DNA from: Eledone cirrhosa
Taxonomy: Eukaryota
Direction: 5' to 3'
Assembly (NCBI GenBank): GCA_964016885.1
Contig: OZ024744.1
Location: 94,302,001 to 94,366,000, forward strand
DNA length: 64,000 bases
Under the pieces are notes generated by a model. That model saw only the letters and a program-made list of their open reading frames with translations. It made no database searches and had not been told where the DNA came from. Of the stretch, positions 50,601 to 63,636 are shown one piece after another (position 1 is the first letter of the stretch; each line of letters begins with the position of its first letter). Position numbers and translations under genes: made by a program.

Positions 50601-52674
50601 CCTAGTTTCTTTGAATTCAATTGTTAGTAACATAATAAATTTTATACCAGCAAACCTATTACTTTTTATAAATATCAGCTTATAAAATGTTCCCAGTGTT
50701 CTGTGTAAAGGAGATGGTGTTAGGAAAGGTATCCAACCGTAGAAATGAAGCCAAAAACAGATTGTACAAGCAAGACATGGTCCCGCCTGGCCTTAATATG
50801 ACAACCTGTTCTACCCATGCAAGCTTGGAAAATAGATGTTAAATGATGATGATGATGATGGTAATGGTAACATACTAGATTGATTAGTTTATAAGTATCA
50901 ATATATAAAATGAAGTTTTTGATGAGCTTTTATTGTAGCTATAACCTACTACAATGGTTGGTTATAAGTACACAATACATAAAGTGTTGCGTTTATAATA
51001 AGTTTTTATTTAGTTGTAACAATGACCATAATCATATACTGGAATGATTGGTAAAAAGTATTGAGTATATAAAGTATTGTGTTGATGATGATTTTCTTTT
51101 GTAGATCTAACATAGTCAACTAGATAAAGTGTTGGTATATATATATATATATGTATATATATGTATATATATATATAGAGAGAGGCACAGTCACCTGATT
51201 AATCTCGCCTCAAGTGGGACTATTCCCATCTAACGCATGTTAGCATGGAAGATAGACATTAAACGATGATGATGATATTTTAACTTCTATATTAATTCAT
51301 TTCTTTTTCTTTCTTTTTTCCTTTTTTCCTTTTTCTCTGCAGAATGTTGAAGATATGCAAACTAGAGCTAGTATGAAAAGAACAAATGAAAGAATAAAAT
51401 TATTCAAAAGGATATTTCAGAAAAGAGAAGGGTAAGTAGCAGAGCACTTCAGAAATGTCAAACTAGTAGATCTGAGTAAACCAGTGCTTATAGAGTAGGA
51501 TGAAAAGAAAATATTAAAAAAATAATGAAAAGCCTTATACTTGTGGCAGCATCCACCTGGGGTGGTTTGAGCCAGCTCCATCGAAAGAATTCATGGTATA
51601 AGTTCATTTCAATGGAGTTTCTTTGGGCGATTGGTTTCACAAGTGTTGCCCAGCCACAAGTATATGTACTTTAGGGTAGTGCAATCCAAGCGTTGCATCG
51701 GTTATAGCGCCAAGCTCTCGTTTTCACACCCAATCCAATTTGGTGGAGCCAGTGCCAGGAGGGAGTTTGGGCAGCAGAGGTGATTAACACAACCTATTTG
51801 AGCCATTTTGTAGGCCAGCAGTAACTCACCCCACTACCCAGCTCAGGCATACTGACCCTCAGCACCTATTATTTGCATTGGGTGGGTTTGATACTACTAG
51901 CTTTTCAACCTGGTCTAATCTTTTAAATGTGATTTTTATTTTTCAGAGGTTTTAATCCAGCTGTTGCTCTTGTAAAAAAACTTGTGGCTGTATTAGAATC
52001 TATTGAAAAACTCCCTGTCTACAGCTATGATCTTCCTGGGTCTGGTTATGGCTTACAGGTAAGGTTATTTTATTGGTTTTATATCACTAATCAACATTTT
52101 ATTCTTAACATCCTGTACCATTTGAAACCACATTAGGAAGACATTCTTGAAAAGTACAAAACAGTACTATAACTGAATCACGCTACATATAACAGTTTTT
52201 TCGTTTTCTGTAAATTTTCGGGAAGATACTATAAACATTTGAGTTAAACCTGATATTTTCTGCTAAATCATTACAGGTTGTTAAGAGATAATACTGAAAA
52301 CCTCCACAACAATCTATTCACTAGTAAAGATACTATAAACATTTAAATTAACAAACCTATTTTTAGATATTTTCTGCTAAATCATTATAGGATTTTAACA
52401 ATAACTTGATTTAATTTGATATTTCTTTTTTCTATTTAAGATTCTTACTCGTCGGCTTCGATTTCGATTAGAGCGAGCTGCTGGTGAAGCTGGGTTAATT
52501 GATCGCTCAAACCGTACTCTAAAAATGGAACCTCTTACAACAATTTCTGCACTTGAAAGATATCTTTTGAAGATGGTAAGAACATTTTATATATATATAT
52601 ACTAGTGAACCTATGCTGTGTCAATGATGATGGCAATGCTGTTGAACATTTAGTTTGGGGATTCCAGGACTGAT

Positions 52675-52709
<35 letters not shown>

Positions 52710-55700
52710 CACCCTTATCAAGTCCTCTTTGGATTTATTACTATATATATATATATATATATATAAATATATGCCAGGATTATTGGATATATGAACAATC
52801 ATAGAATTGATAAATTAATGGTTTGCATAAAAGAAAACCTTAGTTTTTCTTTTTTACTCACACATGAAAGTTATTAGAGGCGTCTTAATAATTTATTCCT
52901 AGGATATACTTACATAAATGTTCAGCATATATGTACAAATAATATACAGGATTAAATGTATGAGTAACTCTGGAGAAATAACTATTTGCAGTGACAAATA
53001 TAGGGTTAGAAACCAGGACTTTGTGATTGGAAAGTGAACTTCTTATTGTAACAACATATAGGAAATGCATCATTATCATCATACGTCCGCTTTTCCCTGC
53101 TTGCAAGGGTGGGACGGGTCCTATTCAGCACAGCATCTCTCCACTTGTCACAGTCCTGTGTACTTTTAGAGTTACAGACACACACACACATATATATATA
53201 TATAAACACACATAGTGTATTATTATGGTGCATAACCAATTTATTTTAATTGCCGTATATACTCAAATATAAGTCATTCCCTCTCCTCTCCCCCTCACCC
53301 CATTTTATGTCTGAGAAATGGGCAAGAATCCAAATCCTGTTTATAAGCCAAGGCATTATGTTTAGATAGCGAATATAAACCCACCTCCCACTTTACTATT
53401 GATTTTGGGGTCACATATTCCACGGCTTATATTCAAGAATATATAGTAAATAAGTGTATATGTATGTAGATATAGATATATAAGTAGCTGATCAGATTTT
53501 CTTTTTTATAAAAAAAGAACTACATAATATATTTATTGTTATGAAGCTGTTGCAATTTAGGTATTTTTCTTGAGTGTTGTGAAGAAATTACCATCTTATT
53601 AAAAATAAATATTCTTTGGAATTTTTAGGTTGCAAAACAATGGTATGATTATGAACGATCAACCTTTACTTTTGTTAAAAAATTGAAAGAACCAGGCACA
53701 GCAATAACATTTACTCATCAGCGGGACTTTGATGAAAATGGTCTGATTTACTGGATTGGCACTAATGCTAAGTAAGTTTTTTTGATATTTTTGTACTGAA
53801 GTCTGTGATATTTTAAATCATGAAAAAATTTAATACAATTCTTTAAAAATATATATTTTAACTCTTTTAGTTAAATAATAAATTTTGACTGGTTTTGTTA
53901 AGCAACCAACTTTTTTGTTCAATGGTATATTAGTGATGTTTGAAACAATTTCAGAAAACATTTTTATATAAAATGTGACACTATTTTAATTCCTAAATGC
54001 AGGTAAATTCAGTGAAATGTAAAATTTAACCCTACAATGGACTGGCGTCTTGTCCAGGAGGTAGTCTTGTATTCTCAGTCATTTCATACCATGGAAACCG
54101 TGATAAGTACCAGCCAGATGAGCCTCTGAGCTCAAGACAGACTTTAGACTTTTAGATTACACTATTACATTCCAGCTGACAGGCTAAGGCCTTGCTGGAG
54201 CACCACCATTGATGCTACACTTCCTATAGCCAGCCTCACCTGGTTGGCTAAAGGGAGTTTGTTGCTGCTCTTATTTGCGCTTTACCTTGTGCTATAGGTT
54301 CCTCCGGGATCCCGGTCAGTAGAATGTCGAGATCATCATCATCACCATTTTATGCCCGTTCTTCCATGCTAGCATGGGTTAGACGGGTTGTCCTGTTGTG
54401 GGCAGTGTCCGGTCGGCTGATCTTGTCTTGCTCATACAGAAACTGATTCTGGCTTGATTTCTACAGCTGGATGCCCTTCCTAACACCAACCTCATTTACA
54501 GTGAGTGCTGGGTGCTTTTTACCATGGCGCCTACACGTCCACTTTACAGTGTGGGCTGGGTACTTTTTTGCAGTGGGAGGGGGTGGGGGCATATTGTCTA
54601 TATGCTTCAGCTTCAGCTTGTACCCGTGGGGAGGTCGGGTCTTCTGTATTACTGCATGACGCCAGAGGTCACGGTCGTGTGTAATTGGCTAAAGTCGGCT
54701 TTTATCACCTCATCCCAGGTCTTCTTGGGTCTCCCCACTCCGTGGTTTCCATCGACTTCTAGTGCTCTGCACTTGTCTCTTGAAAACATCTACATGCACA
54801 ATATGTAGATCTTTGATATTTTGGTAGCTTATTAAAAAGCTGGGGTCCCTTGAACGCCAGGCTATTGCAGTCTGTGGTCCTTATTCTTGATGTGACAGGT
54901 GGGACCTTTGGTACTACACAGTGGTGTCCTGTTCGTGGGCTGGTCCTGCCTTCAATGCTGATTATATATATCTATATATATATTCATTCTAACCCTTGCC
55001 AACATGAAGAGCAGATGTAAAATGATGAGATAGGTAGGTAGATAAGTCCTCTCTTCTGGTTTGGTAATAAAAAGGGTTAAGTAATTGATTTATAATTTCA
55101 TCAACTCTTATATGAAAAAGAATTATGTATTCATCTATTAGATTTTTATTAAAATATTGCTAAAAGTTATTTTCTAAAGCCAATGTTTTCTTTTAATGCA
55201 GAACTGCTTATGAATGGGTAAATCCAGCCCAGTATGGATTAGTATGTGTAACATCATCTGAAGGGAGAAATCTTCCTTATGGAAAATTGGAGGACATACT
55301 AAGCAGGGATTCATCTGCTATCAACTGCCATACAAATGATGATAAGTAAATATATTTAAAATACTTTTTTTTTTTTACATGCGAATAATGTAACTTAGCG
55401 AATTTGTAGAGTTGTTAGAACGTTGGATAGAATGTTTTGCGGTATTCGTTTCAGCTCTCTGCTTTCTGAGTTCAAATCTCACCGAGGTCAACTTTGCTAT
55501 TCATCCATTCAAGAACCAGTCAAGTACTGGGGTTGATTCTTTCTCTACATCTCTTTTTCACTTCTATTCTTTTACTCTCTATCCTTCTCTGGAAGAAATT
55601 TGCTGCATTCAGATCTGGAGAGGTGATAGGCTCTATCAGGTTTTAAAATGCCTTAAGAAATGTCAATATGACACCCCCTACGAATCCCTCGGGTGTTGTG

Positions 55701-57647
55701 GGATCAAGAATCATATAACTTAATGAACTCATAATTGGATATTTGATTCCCAATCCTTTTTTTTTTAAATTCAATAGTTGAACATGCTTTATTTACTTCA
55801 GCAGAATGAGATACATCACTTTTTAAATTTGAAAATACAATCACCACAATGCAGATAACTATAATAATAGCTGGAAATGGAAAAAATGTGGACATAGACT
55901 TATCTATCAACCTTTTTTTTTTTTTGTCATTTCTTGAGTTATTTTACATGATTTATTCAACAACTATTATTGTTACCTGCATTGTGGAAACTATATTTTC
56001 AAATTTCACAATGCTTTGTAAGTTAACCAAATGTTTATTATACACCACTTTTCATTTAACTTTCATAATCCAAGATATTATTTTTCATTCATGTCACCTC
56101 TCTTGCAGGAAAGCATCCTTTGCAATAGATCTTGGTGTATGGATTATACCAAATTGTTATACTCTACGACATGCAAGAGGGTATGGCCGGTGAGTGGTTT
56201 AAGAATATTTATTGTAAATTCTAATATAATATATTTCTGATCTGTTGATAATTAACATTTAATTTAATAATAGTAATTTAATCATAGGTATTTTATATAT
56301 CTACAGTAGTAGTAATAGATACACAAACCCAGACAGGACTCAATAAGAGTTGTGTGTGTGTGTGCATTAAAATTTTGATTAATACGTAAAGTAAATAATC
56401 ATATTGTCTGACAAAAGTATAGGTTTATCAAAGTGCTACAAGTAATCACTATTAGAACCTAAAGTCTGCTCTACCAATATCTCGACAATATCTTACCCTT
56501 GTGTGTATATAAGTATATATAAACCCGTAGAGCAAATATATATTATTAGCACAAATTAAAAGTTTAAGCAAACAATTTCTACTTTCACCCTTTCAGAAGA
56601 TCCCGTTTATGGGTGAAAGCAGAAATTGTTTGCTTAAGCTTTTAATCTGTGCTAATGTGTGTTATGTATACAGCTTACTAAGGGTTATTGTAAAGGCTGA
56701 GTTTCCCACTCATCTTTATGTATACAACTATTTATAAAGTTAACTTTAGCATTATTTGAGCATCCTTCTTTCCAGTGATATGAAAATAGATGTTTAACTT
56801 CTCATATCTTTATAAAATCCTAAATAAATATAAGCAAGCATAGGTGTTTTGTTTTTGTTTTTTAGTTTATAATCTTGAATTCTTTTTTGTGTTATTAAAA
56901 AAATGTTAGGTTTAAAATATTGGCTACTTGAATATAAATTCTAGGTCTAGATTTTAAAATTTCATTTTCATATCTCAAAAAATTTCATATTTTAAGTTTT
57001 ATTCAAGAAAGGTTAATTATTGCTTAATTTTTTAAATCTTTTTTTTTTTTTAGATCAGCTTTGAGGAATTGGCAATTTCAAGTTTCAAAAGATGGTCAGA
57101 ACTGGCTAACTTTATACAATCATGTTGATGATTGCTCCTTAAATGAGCCTGGGTAAGACTTTTTAATATAATTTACTGGTTTTTAAACCAATTCTGGATT
57201 TATTAGTTAAAAAAAGAAGTTACAAGAAAAATAGGTGTACTAAGGTCCCTACATGTCGCAAGAGGAGACTAAAAGGGTTGGTGCCATGAAGGGTATCCAG
57301 CCATAAAACTTTGCATCAGTGTTGATGCTAATGTGAGTATGAAGTCTTTCAATGGCTCTGCAAGGCTGACGTCACTTTAGCAAGGACACTGGCCTAAAAC
57401 ACTTGTGTTGTATTATTTTTCAGTAGTAATTTTCTTGTGTTTATGTATTTTTAGATCTACTGCATCTTGGCCAATCGAATGTCCTACTGAAGAAACTCAG
57501 GGCTGGAGATACATCAGGCTGCAACAAACTGGTAAAAATGCCAGTGGTCAGACACATTATCTTTCACTCTCTGGTTTTGAAATTTATGGCAAAGTGACTG
57601 GAGTTTGTGATGACATTGGTGAGTATACATTTAAAAAAAATATTATG

Positions 57648-57698
<51 letters not shown>

Positions 57699-58023
57699 AT
57701 ATATATATATTTATTTATTATCATTATTATTATTATGTAAAACTAACAATCATCATCATCATCATTTTTTTTTTCTCCCCATGCTTGCATGGGTTGGGTG
57801 AGATCCTTTTCTGGCAGATTTTTCTATGACCAGATGCCCATCTTGATGCCAATCCATACCTTGTTCCAAGTCTGGTATATGTTCCAAGTCTGCTAATGTT
57901 TTGTCATACTACTACACTGCCAGACATATTGTATTGTTTATGATGGTCATAAACAAAAGTCACTGCAGTCTTTAAAACCATGTCAATGACATTTATGGCT
58001 GCTGGCATACTCACATACACATG

Positions 58024-58055
<32 letters not shown>

Positions 58056-61000
58056 CACAAACATACATATATATATGCATGCATGTGTAAAAGGCTTCCT
58101 ACAGTTTCCATCTACCAAATTCACTCACTATATTTATTAGCTCAGAGCTATAGTGGAAGAATGTTGTCCAATGTGCCACGCAGTGGGACTGAATCCAAAA
58201 CTGCGTGGTTCTAAAGCAAACTTCTTACCACACAACCATGCCTGCACCTATGCACTTCTATTTGCAATGATTTCAATTGAATACTGAATTGTTATTTTTG
58301 AGCAATACATTGATACTTCTGCAAAATGAAGATTTTTCTTTTGATTGGTGTAATTAAATTTCCTTTCCGATGATTCAAACACTCTTTATTGATACGTCAA
58401 TGATTTATTGGAAAGGTTTGTTGTATTCTTTATTCGCTATATTTGTCGTTTAAGGCAAAGCTGCAAGAGAAGCGGAGGCTAATTTGAGACGTCAACGACG
58501 CTTCATCAAATGTCAAGTACTTCGACAAATACAGCAAGGTGCTCGTGTGGTACGTGGGATGGACTGGAAATGGAGAGATCAAGATGGAAATCCTCCTGGT
58601 GAGGGATTTGTAACCGGGGAATTGCACAATGGCTAGTATTTCAGTCCCCTTTTTTCTCTCTCTCTCTCTATCTCATTTAAAACAAAATTAAAACTACAGT
58701 GAACCCTCATTAAACTGTTAATTAGTAGGGGTGAAATTTTGTCTGCTATAGCCGATTGTCTGAGTTGACCAATAGTAAAGGGGTTAAAATTGTGTATATA
58801 TATGTACATTTTTGGAAATATACACACTTGTAGTTGTTGGTGATGGTGTTTGGAGTGTTCCAGTTGTCCAAACAACGGAACAGCCTGCTTGTTAAATGAA
58901 CATGTAAATGGCTGAACATTCCACATAGACATTTGCACCCTTATGAGAGTTCTCAGGGAGATTTTACATGTGGCAATGCTAGTCTTTTGATTTACAAGCA
59001 CTCCTTAGCTTTTCCAACTGAGTGGACAAGACCAACATGATATGAAGTGTCTTGCTCAAAGACATGTCGCTCTGTCTGGGAATTAAACTCATGTCCTTAT
59101 GACCGTGAGCTAAAAACCCTAACCACTAAGCCATGCATCTTCCCATACACACTGTATGTACGCTGAAAATAATAAACTAACAAAAATTAGAGAAAATACT
59201 CTAAACATCATAACTATATAAAACATAAATATTTTTGAAATTAAATCTAACTTAGAGTTAGTGGCTTCAATGCGGGTTAATTTTTTTTATGCAAAATAGT
59301 TTCATAAGTAGGGCATATAAGCCCCTAGACTTATATGCCACTGTCTCTAAGTTAGATTTTATTTCAACAATTCATAACTCACTCGACGATTCTAACGATA
59401 TATATATATTAAAAAACTGTTGAACCTTAAAGTATGTTATAGATTAAAACATTAATACTTTAATTTGTTAATTTGATTAACTTGAGGATGAGCTTCATGT
59501 GGTGGTGGTGGTGGGAGTAGAATAAAATAACCCCTACACACACACTTATGTTTGAGGCAGAAGTCTCAATATAAACTAAGGTAAGAACTAAGTCAACAGG
59601 ATATAGTGTAAATTGTATAAAAATTTCATTTACCTATGAGATGACAGATGAGCTTGATATAGTGGAAACAGGGATCAAGTTAGGTGAATACTTGTCATTG
59701 TGTGTTAATTTGTTAGAACTTCTGATATTCTACCGATCCTTGCTTCCCACTCATAGACGACTGCTATGACTGAGGTTAACAGTAGCTGGGTTATCAATAT
59801 CATCAGCAGGCTTCACAGTTACAGCAAGGTTGGGACAAATTGGTTTAAGACTCGAATCATGTTTCAACTGTTTACATTGTTGGTGGTGCAGCTTCCAGAT
59901 AGTGAGTTGCTTTTAAGGCTCTAAGATGTTGATAATGTGGCTGAACACCAGATTCTATTGATAAGTCAATGTATGAAATGATACTATCAAGGATTTTTGT
60001 ATAACAGAGTTTGGGTTTCTTAGGCAATGGGCTCATTGTCTTCATCATCACAATCTTTGCTACCATCAATGATTTCTTCTTTCTCTGTTAACACTTGGTA
60101 TTCAGGCTCACCTTTTGTGTTTTCTGACCAGGTTCTGATGTTTATATAGAAAACCTTCAAAATCATATTCTACCTTCGCATAGTACATCTTTTTTTTTTT
60201 TTTTTTTTTTTTTTTTTCAAAGTATTGGGCAGTGTCGTAGTCTTCAGTTGTATCCATAAAGCTGATGAATTAAATTTTGCAGATTAAAGTTTGTAGTTTT
60301 TGATGTTACTGGAAGTTATTTGTTCTCATGTGTCTTTAAGATTGTTTTCTGCTATCATCACATGAAATTTGTCCAAATATCTTTACCGGTATAATTTCTT
60401 ACATAGGTGGCGAATTGGCAGGTTTGTTGGAATGTTGGATAGAATGCTTTGCAGTAATTTGTTCTTAATTCCAGTGCTCTGAGTTCAAAACCTGCCATGG
60501 TCAACTTTGCCTTTCATCCTTGATAAAATAGTACCAGTGCAATATTGAAGTCGATTTTTCCGTTACATCTTTTTTGCTTCTTCTCTACTTCACTAGAAGA
60601 AATCAACTGTGTTTGGACTTGGTAAGGGATGAGCTCCGTCCAGTTTTAAAATAGCCAAGACATTCCATATGCCATTAGGGCTCCCCCATGACTCTGCTTT
60701 GAGTTGTCAGTCCATACATAGACACATACGTAATCTCTTGCCGTCTATACCGTAATTAGTTGGATCTTCACTTTCTTAATTAAAAAATCTGTTTGATTTA
60801 TCTAATATCTGGCTTAACTATATTTGCTTTAATGAGGGTTCACCAATAATTGATAAAACTTTTTTATGCTAGAATAAAATATAAGAAGAAGAGTTTGGAA
60901 TTTAGGCTTTTCTGTTATGGAAGAAATTGCAGGAGCATACTTGTTTTAATCCTTTAGTTACTCTAACTTGGAAAAATTGGTTCTGGTTCTATGAAATAAA

Positions 61001-62884
61001 ACCACTTATTTTAAAAGTTTCCAATTTAAATTAAAATCTTCCAACATAATTTTATACAAGAACCTTACATTAAGTTAATATCTTAGTTACCAACTTGGCC
61101 AAAACCAGCTCTGGTTCTAAGAAATATAACCACACATTTTAAAGGTTTCCAATTTAAATTAAAATCTTCCAAAATAATTTTATGTATTTATTACCTTACA
61201 TCAAGTTGCTATCTTAGTAATGAAACAATTAATAATTTTAGTAAATCCCACAAAATTCTTCATTAATCAATTAAAATACACTGCATTTCATTACTTGAAT
61301 TTTTTTTTTTATTCAAATTTTAAAAAACCTTCATTGCTTGCTTTTGGCGGGGAGGGGGGGGGGGGGGGGGGGGGGTTCTACTTAGTTCATTTTATGGTTT
61401 AAAAGAATTTCCATTTTAAGTATTTGGGATTTTATGCAGTACTTTTTTTTTTATACAAAGAGTTGTTGGTGTTGAATATGTATATAGTTTAAATGGTTGT
61501 GGATTCATTTTCCATCATTTTATATTGGAAGCTATCCTTGCTGAAACCTTGCTGTGTTTTTGTTTATTATTAAATAAATAGGAAAAGTTTTTCAGTATTT
61601 TGAAATATAAAAATGTTAATCCATTTCTAAACCACCTTATAATGCTCCTTATGATACAAAAGTGTTTTAGAATATTTATATTTATCTAAAAATCTTCCAT
61701 CATGATTCCATGTAAGAAGAACCTTTAAATTTTTCTCCAAACACCAACTTAATGAGACAGTTTTATTTACTAAATTCCTTCAAATTCTTGTTTATTTTGA
61801 AATTATAGGCTCGTTTATAAGAAATATAGTTTGAAGTAATGCCATTGTTATTTTTTTTACTTATTTGTGTATTTTATTGTAAATTTTGTTTGAAATATTT
61901 AGGCTGGGTAGATGTGACATGGGACTTTGGCGGTTCCAACTCTTACCGAATGGGAGCCGAAGGAAAATTTGATTTACAGTTAGCTCCATCATATGATCCT
62001 GAAAAGGTGAGAATCCCAAAGTTAGACTCCACAACACTAAGTGTCAAACCAAGAACCAGTTCCACTTTCATGGAGAAAGTAAAGGTATTTTTTTTTTAAT
62101 AATTAAAAGTAAAATTATGAAGTTGAAATATTCAATTTTTGATAATTAAGCTATGATTTCGTTAAGATATTATTTAAATTTGTAGCCTATAATTAACATT
62201 TTAATATTGAAATTCAGGAGCTTGCTTTAATGGTAGTGGCATGTGTTTCTGTGTGTTACACATGACTTTAACTGTTTTCAAACAGTTAGCTGTACCACTT
62301 TGACGTTTGAATAATTTCTTGAAGAGGACCGACCATAGACGTTTGAGCAAATCTTTCATGGAGACGTTGTCAACGAAGGCTTAGGTGCAGGCCACAAGTT
62401 CTCCTCCTTATGCACGTATGCATGCACACATACATATGCAGATATAAAGTAGTTCTCCCCTCCTCTACTCTCGTTAAATGTCCTTCGTACCCACACTACC
62501 GTACTACCCACATAACCAGATGTGGTGTTGCATCTGTCCGACTCTTTCCTCTCCTGATATTCAACCACCCACATTTATATTCACTGCACTGTGCCACCCA
62601 TGTAACTAGAGCTATCTTTAGTCCACACTTTGTCTCCTCCTCCTCCTGCCATTAATCTTATCAGTTCACTTCCCTCTCCTATCATGATGGATGTTATATA
62701 TAAGGAGTGTATCATATCTATTATAACCCTGACATCCTACCATCACCCTCTCTAGGTTGTCAGCCATCATTCTCTCTTCCTCTAAAAAAAAAAGCAACTT
62801 CTCATTGTCATTCGCCACTTTCTTGCTCTCCATCACAGGCAAACATGTAGCTATCATTACTCCTTTCATCATATTCCCATCTCG

Positions 62885-62922
<38 letters not shown>

Positions 62923-63595
62923 CTCGCTCGCAAACATATAGCTACCATTACTCCTTCCACCGTATTATCTCACCCTCTTTGCTACCTCTTCACTCCAGTT
63001 TATATTTTTTGTTTGTTCTTTCCTTTTCTTCAAGACTAATTGAGCAGGTTGAGTGAACGTGTACCTGTTGTTGTGTGCATGTGTCAAATGAAAAAAAAAA
63101 AAATGACATTGAAACTTAATATAATGAAAAATATGGTGGTTGTTTTACATGTGTGCCATTCAATGCATTGATTCATTCTATATTTACGCATTGAACATTT
63201 GAGCATGCTGATCTGTTTCGTATCCTAAGTTTAAATTAATATATATAAATAGTAGTGAAAAAATGGGAGGTTATATCAAAAGTTGGTAGAACACTCAGTT
63301 CAAAGGACAAGTTTAGTATAGAGTTAGTTCCACAACAGATTAACGAACCATACTGGAAGGATTGCTCAACTCGTGTGAAACACTTGTCCTTAAGTATGGT
63401 TTGTTAATCTATTGTGGAACTGACTCTATACCAAACTGTATATATATATATATTTACAGGGTGGATACAAAGTTGCAGTACATAGGAAAAATAATTGTTT
63501 TTATAAAAAATAATTTATCATATAACATGCTCTACATGGAAACTTAAAAGTGTAATTATTTTTCCCACGTATTGCGACTTTTGGTCCATCCTGTG

Positions 63596-63636
<41 letters not shown>

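Noticed and set aside
52222-52392. Direct repeat of about 105-bp period in intron 18 (similar degenerate repeats at 50880-51130)
   Set aside because: Local tandem duplications with no sign of function
58632-58637. Premature stop or pseudogenisation (GGC TAG) after exon 25
   Set aside because: Resolved by a GC-AG intron; downstream exons remain intact and in phase
62290-63000. Possible Penelope-like remnant (also 24200-24480 and 26300-26575)
   Set aside because: Only compositional resemblance; I could not recover a convincing RT or GIY-YIG translation
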